Shown here: piece by piece, positions 9,257 through 18,417 of the stretch | How the letters are laid out: each line of letters starts with the position of its first letter | How positions within the stretch are numbered: position 1 is the stretch's first letter | Source: Gemmatimonadota bacterium | GTDB taxonomy: Bacteria > Gemmatimonadota > Gemmatimonadetes > Gemmatimonadales > GWC2-71-9 | DNA length: 64,000 nucleotides | Direction of reading: 5' to 3' | NCBI GenBank assembly: GCA_036679645.1 | Contig: JAZDCY010000015.1 | Coordinates: forward strand, 58,504 to 122,503 | The notes under the pieces: model-generated | Database searches by the model: none | What the model saw: only the letters and a program-made list of their open reading frames with translations | What the model was told of the DNA's origin: nothing | Program-made: the position numbers and the translations under genes

Positions 9257-11917
9257 ATGACGACGATCCCTGAACGCCTCTTTGCCGCCCTCGCCGACCG
9301 CTACCATCGAGCGCGAACTTGGCGCGGGTGGTATGGCCACCGTGTATCTCGCGGAGGATCTCAAGCACAAACGCAAGGTCGCGGTTAAGGTGCTACGTCC
9401 CGAACTTGCCGCCGTGCTCGGTGCCGAGCGGTTCGTGCAGGAGATCACCACCACCGCCAATCTTCAGCACCCGCACATTCTCCCGCTGTTCGACTCCGGT
9501 ACCGTCGACGGATTTCTTTTTTACGTCATGCCGTTCATCGACGGCGAGACGTTGCGCGACAAACTCGACCGCGAGACGCAGCTCGGCATCGATGAAGCAG
9601 TCAAGATCACGACGGAAGTGGCGAACGCGCTCGACTACGCGCATCGCAACGGCGTGATTCATCGTGATATCAAGCCCGAGAACATCCTGCTGCATGACAG
9701 CCGGCCGATGGTGGCGGATTTCGGGATCGCGTTAGCGGTGAGTGCCGCCGCGGGCGGGCGAATGACCGAGACCGGCATGAGCCTCGGCACGCCACATTAC
9801 ATGAGTCCCGAGCAGGCGACTGCCGAGAAGGAGATCACGGCGCGCTCGGACGTCTACTCGCTCGGCAGTGTGTTGTACGAGATGCTGACGGGAACTCCAC
9901 CGCACGTGGGTGCGTCGGCGCAGCAGATCATCATGAAGATCGTGACGGAAGAGGCGGCCCCTGTCACCAAGGTGCGGAAGGCCGTCCCAAACAACGTCGT
10001 GGCCGCCGTCGGACAGTCGTTGCAGAAGCTGCCCGCCGATCGGTTCGAGAGCGCCAAGGCGTTCGCCGAGGCGCTGAGCAATCCGCTGTTCGCCGCGCCG
10101 GGGACATTGCAAAGCATCGGCGCCGTCGCCGCGACCGGTGCCGCCACGGCGAACCGCCCGCTCTACGCCGCGCTGGCCCTCTCTGCGGTGCTGCTCGCGG
10201 TCGCCATGATCGGCTGGTTGCGGCCGGTGCCGGCGCCTGAGACCAGCAGGCAGCGCGTCGTCCTGTGGCAGAGTTCCCTGCGACAGCTGCTCGACCCCGG
10301 TATCCTGTACACAGGCACCCAGGTCGCCATCGCTCCGGACGGATCGAGCATCGTCTACGCCGATTCGAGCGGCGGCGCGCGTCTTCTGATGCACAAGACC
10401 AGAAACGAATCTTTTGCGACACCGATGGCCGGGACGGAGGGCGCGCTGTCACCGTTCTTCTCTCCCGACGGTCGATGGATCGGCTATCACGCTTCAGATG
10501 GCAAGTTCAGGAAGGTCCCCACCGACGGCGGCGGTTCCGTAACCCTTGTCGAGGATGCGGACATCACCTACGGCGCAGCCGCCTGGCTCGATGACGGCAC
10601 GATCGTGTACGCGGGGGACCAGGGGCTGACCCGGATCAACGCCGAGGGTGGCACCAGCCAGCCCGTCGAGCCCGACACAGCGCCAGGACGGCGTACCGTC
10701 CTGACGATTTCGCCGCTGCCGGGAAGCATGGGGGTCCTGTATACGGACTGCCCTGGCAATTGCGCCATCGAATCTGCCGTTCGCGTCTTCGACTTCAGGG
10801 CGGACAGCAGCAGGAGGCGAACGCCGCCGGGGCCTGGTATTCGCCCACCGGGCATATCCTCTACACCGACCGAGCCGGCGGGCTGTACGCCATGGGATTC
10901 GATCTCGACCGGTTGGAGGCAACCACAGGGCCGGTGCCGGTACTCGAGGACGTCGAGCCGGGCAGCTTCGCGATGTCGATGTCCGGGACCGCGATCTACT
11001 CGGTCGCGGCCGGAGGGAACGCGCCGGCGGAGTTGATGTGGGTGTCCCGTGACGGCAGCGCGGTGCCGTTGGACTCGACCTGGCGCGGCGATTTCCAGTA
11101 CCCGGCGCTGTCCCCCGACGGCGAGGCGCTCGCGGTGAGCGTGCGCGACGGGACGACTCAACTCTGGATCCGGCGATCCGATGGTACCCGGCAAAAGCTC
11201 ACGCAGGAGGGGACCGTCAATTGGAGACCGGCGTGGACACCCGATGGCCGCTCGGTGGTCTTCTCATCCAACCGAGGGGGCGGGGGAACGCGGGACGACT
11301 TCGATCTCTATGTGATGCCGGTTGACGGCAGCGTGATGGCCGAGTTGCTGCTGCATCACACCTTCGGCCTGTGGGAAGGAGAGTTTTCACGGGATGGACG
11401 GTGGCTGGTGGTGCGGGAGGATGATGCGGATGGCTCGTCCAATATACTTGGCCGGCGCCTCGATGGAGACACTGCGCTCGTGCCGTTGCTGGTCGATCGG
11501 GGCGAGACCTACCAGATCGCGCTGTCGCCGGATGGGCGCTGGATCGCCTACACCGGGCAAGTGACGGGGCAACCCGAAGTCTACATCGCTCCGTTCCCGG
11601 ACATCACGTCGACCCGGCTCATTTCGCGCGACGGCGGGGCCGAGCCGCGCTGGGCGCACAGCGGCCGGGAACTGTTCTACACGAGCGGTGACCGGTTCAT
11701 GGTCGTCGACGTCGCGCCAAGCCAGACGCTCACCTTGGGCTCCCCCCGGCCGCTCTTCTCGTTGGCGGGGTACCGCTCGGCACGTAACCGCCAGCAATAC
11801 GACGTGGCACCCGACGACCAGCATTTTATGATGATCCGAGATCAGCCCCGAGGCGCGAGCACCGTGGTCTACGTGGAGAACTGGTTTCCGGAGCTGCTAG
11901 CGAAGGTGCGTCGGTGA
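9257..11917 (+). pseudogene. Ser/Thr kinase-TM-beta-propeller gene with two frameshifts (or sequence errors)
   Basis: ATG 9257 MTTIPERLFAALADRY; CGCTACCATC vs paralog CGCTACACCATC (2-nt loss near 9303); second shift near 10810 joins ORFs 9282..11036 and 10760..11917. Confidence 0.82.
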
Positions 11918-12066
11918 GCGACACGCCTGACCGCCTCACCTCCGCCCTCGCGGACTGCTACACGATCGAGCGCGAACTCGGCGTTGATTCGGAAGCTGAA
12001 GCTTCTGCTGGGCCTTACGCGACTCGTCCTCGACGACGTTGGCTGGCGCGGCGTCGCTCACGACGC
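11914..12066 (+). pseudogene. Kinase 5' stub plus decayed REP-like element, in frame with downstream antitoxin
   Basis: MSDTPDRLTSALADCYTIERELG, then GATTCGGAAGCTGAAGCTTCTG and GCGTCGCTCACGACGC (cf. GCGTCGTTCACGACG near 9213). Confidence 0.78.
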
Positions 12067-12070
12067 AGCA

Positions 12071-12107
12071 TTGCCAATGTGACCATATATGACCATATTA
12101 TGACCAT
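12071..12107 (+). promoter_or_regulatory. sigma70-like promoter with three TGACCAT direct repeats (operator) for TA3
   Basis: TTGCCA 12071-12076, 17-bp spacer, CATATT 12094-12099; TGACCAT at 12080, 12090, 12101; ATG 12106. Confidence 0.65.
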
Positions 12108-12375
12108 GAAGGAAAAACGCGAAAAGTCCGTCAAGGTCGCGGAGCTCAAGGCCGGGTTGAGCGCGTATCTTCGTGCGGTCCGTAAGGGTCATGCGCTCAC
12201 CGTCTGCGACCGCGATACTCCCATCGCCCGATTGGTGCCATACCGTCGTGACGGCGGCGCGTTGTCCGTCCGGGAGCCCCTCCGTCCGCTCCATGAGGTT
12301 CCCCTCCCACCGCCACTCGGCCGCCCCGTGGATAGCTTGGCAGCGCTGCTCGAGGAACGGCAGTCTCCGCGGTGA
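12106..12375 (+). CDS. Phd/YefM-family antitoxin
   Basis: SVKVAELKAGLSAYLRAVRKG..TVCDRDTPIARLVP; start 12100 or 12106. Confidence 0.88.
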   Translation: MKEKREKSVKVAELKAGLSAYLRAVRKGHALTVCDRDTPIARLVPYRRDGGALSVREPLRPLHEVPLPPPLGRPVDSLAALLEERQSPR

Positions 12376-12788
12376 TCGCCTATCTCGATGCCTCGGTGGC
12401 ATTGCGCCTCGTCCTCGGCGAGCCGGACCGCATGACCGGGTGGGAGGGTTTCGACGCGGCGGTCGCCAGCGCCCTCACCGAGGTCGAATGCCTGCGCACG
12501 CTCGATCGCCTGCAGCAAATGGGATCGCTCGCGCCGGACGAAGTGGCGGAACGGCGCGCCGCCGTGTACCAGCTGCTCGAGTCCGTCGAGGTGGTTGACG
12601 TGGCCCGTACAATTCTGCGTCGTGCCTCCGAGCCGTTTCCCACGCCGCTCGGCACGCTCGATGCAATTCACCTTGCAACCGCCATTGCCTGGCGCGACGC
12701 GCGCACCGCGGAGTTGACCATGGCCACGCACGACAAGGCGCTCGCAACCGCCGCCCGCTCCGTGGGACTTGCTGTGATCGGTGGGTAA
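12372..12788 (+). CDS. vapC: PIN-domain toxin (VapC-like)
   Basis: IAYLDAS, EVE, LGTLDAIHLATA, ATHDKAL. Confidence 0.9.
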   Translation: MIAYLDASVALRLVLGEPDRMTGWEGFDAAVASALTEVECLRTLDRLQQMGSLAPDEVAERRAAVYQLLESVEVVDVARTILRRASEPFPTPLGTLDAIHLATAIAWRDARTAELTMATHDKALATAARSVGLAVIGG

Positions 12789-15492
12789 CATTCCCGACCG
12801 CCTCGTTGCCGCCCTCGCCGACCGCTACACCATCGAGCGCGAGCTCGGCGCGGGTGGTATGGCCACGGTCTATCTGGCGGAAGACCTCAAGCACAAACGC
12901 AAGGTCGCCGTCAAAGTGCTGCGCCCCGAACTCGCCGCCGTGCTCGGCGCCGAGCGTTTCGTGCAGGAGATCAAGACGACCGCCAACCTACAGCACCCGC
13001 ACATCCTGCCGCTGTTCGACTCGGGCGAGGAGGATGGGTTCCTCTACTACGTGATGCCGTTCATCGACGGCGAGACGTTGCGCGACAAGCTCGACCGCGA
13101 GACGCAGCTCGGGGTCGAGGAAGCCGTCAAGGTCACAACCGACATTGCCGACGCGCTCGATTACGCACACCGGGCGGGCGTGGTCCATCGTGACATCAAG
13201 CCCGAGAACATCCTGCTGCACGACGGCCGGCCCATGGTGGCTGACTTTGGCATCGCGCTGGCCCTGAGCGCGGCGGCGGGCGGGCGCATGACGGAGACCG
13301 GACTCTCGCTCGGCACGCCGCACTACATGAGTCCCGAGCAGGCGACCGCCGAGAAGGAGATCACCGCCCGCTCCGACGTTTACTCGCTCGGCAGTGTGCT
13401 GTATGAGATGCTCACCGGCGAGCCGCCCCATATGGGCAACTCGGCCCAGGCGATCATCATGAAAATCGTGACCGAGGAAGCGCAGCCGGTCACGAGGCTC
13501 CGGAAGTCGGTGCCCCCCAATGTGGCCGAGGCCACCGCGACAGCGCTTGAGAAGCTGCCGGCGGATCGCTTCGAGAGCGCCGCCAAGTTCGCCGAGGCAT
13601 TGCGCGACCCGAACTATGCGAGCGCGGCGTCGTCGTCGTCCTTTGCGACCTCACCGACGAGAGCGGGAAACCGGCTGACGATTGCGATGACGGTGGTGGC
13701 AGCGCTGCTGGCCGTCGTGGCTTGGCGGGCCATTGCGACACGACCGAAGGCCGTGCCGGGGCAGGTATTGCGAACCACCATCGGCCTGTCCGACAGCGTT
13801 CGGCTGCCGTCGCCGACGTTCGGCTCACGGGTTGCGATCTCGAACGATGGCTCTCGCATAGTGTTCGTTGGAGGCGGCGGGCAACGCCAGCTCTGGCTCC
13901 GGATGCGCGATCGCCTCGAGGCCGTTCCGCTTCCGGGAACCGGGGGAGCACACGCGCCATTCTTTTCGCCCGATGGGATGCGCGTAGGGTTCTTCACGGT
14001 CGAGCCCCCGGCGCTCAAGGTGGTGTCGCTCGATGGTGGCCTTCCGGTGACCATCGCAGACTCCGGGCTCTACGCCAACAGCAGTCTCTTGTCCGCGGGC
14101 GCGACATGGGGGATGGACGGGTCGATCTATGCAGGCTACCTCAGTGGCGTCGTGCGCATTCCGCAGAGTGGAGGGTCGTGGACCCCGGTCTCGACCAGTG
14201 ACAGCACCACGGACGAAAAGGGCCACACGCCGACCGATGTGTTGCCCAACGGACGCGGCCTCATCATCAGGGTCGCGCACACTCCGAACACGATGGAGTC
14301 CCTGTACGAGGTTGCCGCGCTCGACCTGCGCACGGGGACGCACCGCGTGCTGGCGCGTGGCGTATACGCACGCTACGTCCCTCCGGGCTATCTGGTGTTC
14401 GCTCGCGCAGATGGCGTGCTCATGGCTGCGCCGTTTGATCAGGACCGGCTCGAACTCATCGGGCCGGAGGTCACGCTTGGCAGTGGGACGGACGGCGGCG
14501 GGTTCCGGGAGTTCGCGCTCACTGGCGACGGGGCGCTGGTGTACGTGGACAGGGTAGGTGCGGAGGAGACATCGGAACTCATCTGGGTGCGGCGCGATGG
14601 GTCAACGGAGGCGCTCGACCCATCCTGGCGCGCGAATTTCGAGAGTGCGTCGGTCTCCCCCGACGGGACACAGCTCGCCGCCGGATTGCTCACGAGGGAA
14701 GGTGCGGAGGTGTGGATCGCGCAGCTGCCACGCGGCCCGCGCTACAGGCTCACGGTCGACGGACCCATTAGCTACCGGCCGACCTGGCTGTCCGACGGTC
14801 AGACCGTGGTATTTCGGTCGCTGAGCGAAAGTACCGGCAGATTCGAACTCTTCGCGAAACGTGCGGACGGTATCGGCGAGCAGGAGCGCCTCGCCTTCGA
14901 CGCCCGCTCGATATCAACGGGATTCGTGTCGCCCGACGGGCAGTGGAGGATCTACCGCACCGACGCCACCGAGGCGGGGCGCGGCGACATACTGGCGATG
15001 CGCGCAGGTGACACCGTGGTGATGCCGCTCGTCGCCACGACGGCCGAGGAGCGTTTCCCCGCGCTCTCGCCCGATGGCCGCTGGCTCGCGTACCGATCCG
15101 ATGTGGGCGGGTCGCATGACGTGTGGGTGCGTCCGTTCCCGAATGTCGCTGACGGCCGGTGGCAGGTCTCCGCGGGTGGCGGCAGCGAGCCCGTGTGGTC
15201 ACGCAGCGGCAGGGAACTGTTCTTCATCACGCCCGATAACGAACTCGTGGCCGCGAGCGTTACGACCGAGCCGACGTTCGCCGTGCGTGAGCGACGCGTG
15301 CTCTTCCGGCGCCCGGCCACGACGCTGCGGCACATCGCGATAGCCGCCTACGACGTCACCCCGGACGATCAGCAGTTCGTCATGATTCGCTCGGTGAGCG
15401 GGCGCGTCGTTGGGCCGATGATCGGCGTGGAGGAACGGATCGTGTTTGTCGAGAACTGGATCGAGGAGCTGCGGGAGAGAGTGGGACGGTAG
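12781..15492 (+). CDS. Ser/Thr kinase-TM-TolB/PD40 beta-propeller receptor
   Basis: Complete kinase motifs, TM, SPDG blades, FVENWIEEL; GTG start overlaps PIN 3' end. Confidence 0.92.
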   Translation: MGNIPDRLVAALADRYTIERELGAGGMATVYLAEDLKHKRKVAVKVLRPELAAVLGAERFVQEIKTTANLQHPHILPLFDSGEEDGFLYYVMPFIDGETLRDKLDRETQLGVEEAVKVTTDIADALDYAHRAGVVHRDIKPENILLHDGRPMVADFGIALALSAAAGGRMTETGLSLGTPHYMSPEQATAEKEITARSDVYSLGSVLYEMLTGEPPHMGNSAQAIIMKIVTEEAQPVTRLRKSVPPNVAEATATALEKLPADRFESAAKFAEALRDPNYASAASSSSFATSPTRAGNRLTIAMTVVAALLAVVAWRAIATRPKAVPGQVLRTTIGLSDSVRLPSPTFGSRVAISNDGSRIVFVGGGGQRQLWLRMRDRLEAVPLPGTGGAHAPFFSPDGMRVGFFTVEPPALKVVSLDGGLPVTIADSGLYANSSLLSAGATWGMDGSIYAGYLSGVVRIPQSGGSWTPVSTSDSTTDEKGHTPTDVLPNGRGLIIRVAHTPNTMESLYEVAALDLRTGTHRVLARGVYARYVPPGYLVFARADGVLMAAPFDQDRLELIGPEVTLGSGTDGGGFREFALTGDGALVYVDRVGAEETSELIWVRRDGSTEALDPSWRANFESASVSPDGTQLAAGLLTREGAEVWIAQLPRGPRYRLTVDGPISYRPTWLSDGQTVVFRSLSESTGRFELFAKRADGIGEQERLAFDARSISTGFVSPDGQWRIYRTDATEAGRGDILAMRAGDTVVMPLVATTAEERFPALSPDGRWLAYRSDVGGSHDVWVRPFPNVADGRWQVSAGGGSEPVWSRSGRELFFITPDNELVAASVTTEPTFAVRERRVLFRRPATTLRHIAIAAYDVTPDDQQFVMIRSVSGRVVGPMIGVEERIVFVENWIEELRERVGR

Positions 15493-15546
15493 AGAACGGG
15501 ACCGCGACGGTGCTTTTTCGTTACGGGCTACGAGCAGGAGGCAAGT

Positions 15547-15611
15547 AATTGCAGATTACTGATTGCAGATTTCAGATTGTAGGTCTGTCGATAGATCTGC
15601 AATCTGCAATT
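15547..15611. repeat. 7-nt-periodic palindromic intergenic repeat, family A
   Basis: (ATTGCAG)-like units followed by (CTGCAAT)-like units, forming an imperfect long hairpin. Confidence 0.85.
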
Positions 15612-15630
15612 CGCTGAAGGGTCTAGTGAC

Positions 15631-18336
15631 ATGAGCGAGATAACCAAGCGCCTTTCGTCAGCCATTGCTGATCGGTACAAGATCGAATCTCGCCTCGGCC
15701 AGGGCGGCATGGCGACCGTCTATCTTGCGCACGACCTGAAGCACGACCGCAAGGTCGCGCTCAAGGTTCTGCGACCGGAACTCGCCGCCGTGTTGGGCGC
15801 CGAGCGTTTTGTGCAGGAGATCAAGACGACCGCGAGTCTGCAGCATCCCAATATTCTGCCCCTCTTCGACAGCGGGACGGCAGGAGGGCGGGATGGCGGG
15901 ACGGAGTTCCTCTACTACGTGATGCCGTACATCGAGGGCGAAACGCTTCGCGACAAGCTCGATCGCGAAACACAGTTCGGTGTTGAGGAGGCGGTGAAGT
16001 TCACCACGGATGTGGCGGACGCGCTGGACTACGCGCACCGGGCGGGCGTGATCCATCGTGACATCAAGCCCGAGAACATCCTGCTGCACGATGGCCGGCC
16101 GATGGTGGCGGACTTCGGGATAGCGCTGGCGGTGAGCGCTGCGGCGGGCGGACGCATGACGGAGACCGGACTCTCGCTCGGCACGCCGCACTACATGAGT
16201 CCCGAGCAGGCGACGGCAGAGAAGGATCTAACCAATCGGTCGGACATCTACTCGCTGGGCAGTGTGCTGTATGAGATGCTGACTGGCAGCCCGCCGCACG
16301 TGGGCTCATCGGCGCAGCAGATCATCATGAAGATCGTGACCGAGGAAGCAGCCCCGGTCACGAACGTGCGTAAGGCGGTGCCGCCAAATGTAGCGGCGGC
16401 CGTGGCCAAGTCGCTGGAGAAGCTCCCCGCGGACCGGTTCGAGAATGCCAATGCGTTTGCTGAGGCGCTGGGTGATCCTGCCTTTGCCGCCACGCTTGCT
16501 ACGGCCGGTGCCGGCCCGAGGCGGTCCTCCTTCCCGCCGTCCCGCCATCCCGCCATCCTGCCCGTATTCGCCGTCACCACCGTGCTCGCGCTCGCGCTCG
16601 CCGCCTGGGGCTGGTTCCGCCCGTCGGCGTCCGCGCCGGTGGTTCGTTATGCCCTGGCGCTGCCGCCGTCCCAAGCGCCGGATCCGGGCGCGGTCGCCAT
16701 TCCATCACCGGACGGCTCGTACGTCGTGTACGTCGGGGGCGGAACGGATGTCACCGGCGGCAACCAGCTGTGGGTCAAGGCGCGGAATGCCTACGCGGCG
16801 ACACCGCTGCCCGGAACGCTTGGCGTCGCTTTTTTTACGATCTCGCCCGATGGCGAGTGGATCGCCTACAACGGCGGCGGCTCGCTCTGGAAGGTCCCGG
16901 TTGCGGGAGGCCCGTCGATCACTCTCGTGGATGGCCGGGTTGCGCAGCGACCAACCATCGCATGGCTCGAGGACGGCACCATCATCTTTGCGGCCAGTGG
17001 GTTGAGCGAGCTCGCTCGCGTGTCGGACCGCGGGGGCACGCCCACGGTCGTCTGGTCGTCGGACAGCCTCACGGTAAACCAGGTTACCGCGCTTCCCGGC
17101 GGGCGCGGTGTGCTGTTCCAGGCCTGCCCCACTCCATGCGCCACGCAGGACGTCTGGGCGCTCGACCTCCGGTCGGAGACATCCCACATGGTGGTGCCCG
17201 CGTTGTACGCGCAATACGTGCCCACCGGACACCTCGTCTATGTCGCGGATGGGGCGATGTTCGCGGTGCCGTTCGACCTCGGCTCGTTGCGCACGCGCGG
17301 CGCCGCGGTACCGGTGCTCGACAGCATAGCGGTGATTGGGACCGACGTGCTCGTGAGGGTCGGTGCGAGCGGCACGTTGGTCATGCGGCGAGGAGCCGCG
17401 GTGGCGTCTCGGGAATTCCAGCTGGTGTGGGTCGACCGGGCGGGCGAGGTCACGGTGATCGACACCGCTGAGAAGTTTCATCTGACCAATTTCGCGGGAA
17501 ATCAGGGATGGGCTCTCTCTCCCGATGGGACGAGGTTGGCAATCGGCCTCGGCACCGCGTCGGGAGACGACATCTGGCTCAAAGCACTGCCGGCGGGTCC
17601 GCTGTCTAGGGTGTCGTATGACGCGGGGGCCGACTTCCGTCCCCGCTGGATGCCGGACGGTGTGTCCATCATGTACGGCTCCAGTCGCAACGTGTCCGGG
17701 CTCTACCGGCGCCGGGCGGACGGCACCGGGACGGACTCGCTGTTGGTAGAGGGCGCATTCGACGAAGGGCTCCCATCGCCGGATGGCCGCTGGCTGCTCC
17801 TTCGATCCGGCGCCACCTCGGCAGCGGCTGGCGGCAGAGACATCTTCGTCATGCAAGTCGGCGTCGACTCCGTGCCAAGACCGCTGCTGGCCACGCCATA
17901 CGATGAGATGGCAATTGCGCTTTCGCCGGACGGACGATTACTAGCCTATCAGTCCGACGAAACCGGACAGGTCGAGGTGTTTATTCGCCCGTTCCCCGAC
18001 GTGGATTCGGGAAAGCAGCAGATCTCGGATGGCGGCGGTACCGCGCCCCTCTGGAGCCGTGATGGAACGGAGCTGTTCTATATCAGTGCCGAGTACGACA
18101 TGATGGCCGTTGCCGTGAGCCCGACTGGCGGTATCGAGGTGGGCACGCCGCGAAGGCTTTTCCGTCTGTCGAGCGAGGGCTGGCTGGTGGGCTCGCAGTT
18201 CTACACTCCCTGGGACGTGGGCCCGGATGGGCGGTTCATCATGGCACGCAGTCTCGCTGGCCCGTCGCAGCTCGCGGCGCCGTTGATTGTGGTGGAGAAT
18301 TGGTTCGAGGAGTTGAAAGGGAGGGTGGGGCGGTGA
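15631..18336 (+). CDS. Ser/Thr kinase-TM-TolB/PD40 beta-propeller receptor
   Basis: Complete kinase motifs, TM, SPDG blades, VVENWFEEL. Confidence 0.93.
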   Translation: MSEITKRLSSAIADRYKIESRLGQGGMATVYLAHDLKHDRKVALKVLRPELAAVLGAERFVQEIKTTASLQHPNILPLFDSGTAGGRDGGTEFLYYVMPYIEGETLRDKLDRETQFGVEEAVKFTTDVADALDYAHRAGVIHRDIKPENILLHDGRPMVADFGIALAVSAAAGGRMTETGLSLGTPHYMSPEQATAEKDLTNRSDIYSLGSVLYEMLTGSPPHVGSSAQQIIMKIVTEEAAPVTNVRKAVPPNVAAAVAKSLEKLPADRFENANAFAEALGDPAFAATLATAGAGPRRSSFPPSRHPAILPVFAVTTVLALALAAWGWFRPSASAPVVRYALALPPSQAPDPGAVAIPSPDGSYVVYVGGGTDVTGGNQLWVKARNAYAATPLPGTLGVAFFTISPDGEWIAYNGGGSLWKVPVAGGPSITLVDGRVAQRPTIAWLEDGTIIFAASGLSELARVSDRGGTPTVVWSSDSLTVNQVTALPGGRGVLFQACPTPCATQDVWALDLRSETSHMVVPALYAQYVPTGHLVYVADGAMFAVPFDLGSLRTRGAAVPVLDSIAVIGTDVLVRVGASGTLVMRRGAAVASREFQLVWVDRAGEVTVIDTAEKFHLTNFAGNQGWALSPDGTRLAIGLGTASGDDIWLKALPAGPLSRVSYDAGADFRPRWMPDGVSIMYGSSRNVSGLYRRRADGTGTDSLLVEGAFDEGLPSPDGRWLLLRSGATSAAAGGRDIFVMQVGVDSVPRPLLATPYDEMAIALSPDGRLLAYQSDETGQVEVFIRPFPDVDSGKQQISDGGGTAPLWSRDGTELFYISAEYDMMAVAVSPTGGIEVGTPRRLFRLSSEGWLVGSQFYTPWDVGPDGRFIMARSLAGPSQLAAPLIVVENWFEELKGRVGR

Positions 18337-18338
18337 AA

Positions 18339-18400
18339 CGATTTGCGATCTGCGTCAATCGCAAATCGCCGATCGCAAATTGGCAATCGCCAATCGTTCT
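18339..18400. repeat. 7-nt-periodic palindromic intergenic repeat, family B
   Basis: CGATTTG/CGATCTG units followed by CAAATCG/CCAATCG units; related copy at 24687. Confidence 0.75.
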
Positions 18401-18417
18401 TGCACTCGAGAGCTGAC

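Noticed and set aside
11914..12375. Functional kinase-stub/antitoxin fusion protein
   Set aside because: The open frame crosses a REP remnant and the antitoxin's own promoter; the internal start at 12100/12106 is more plausible
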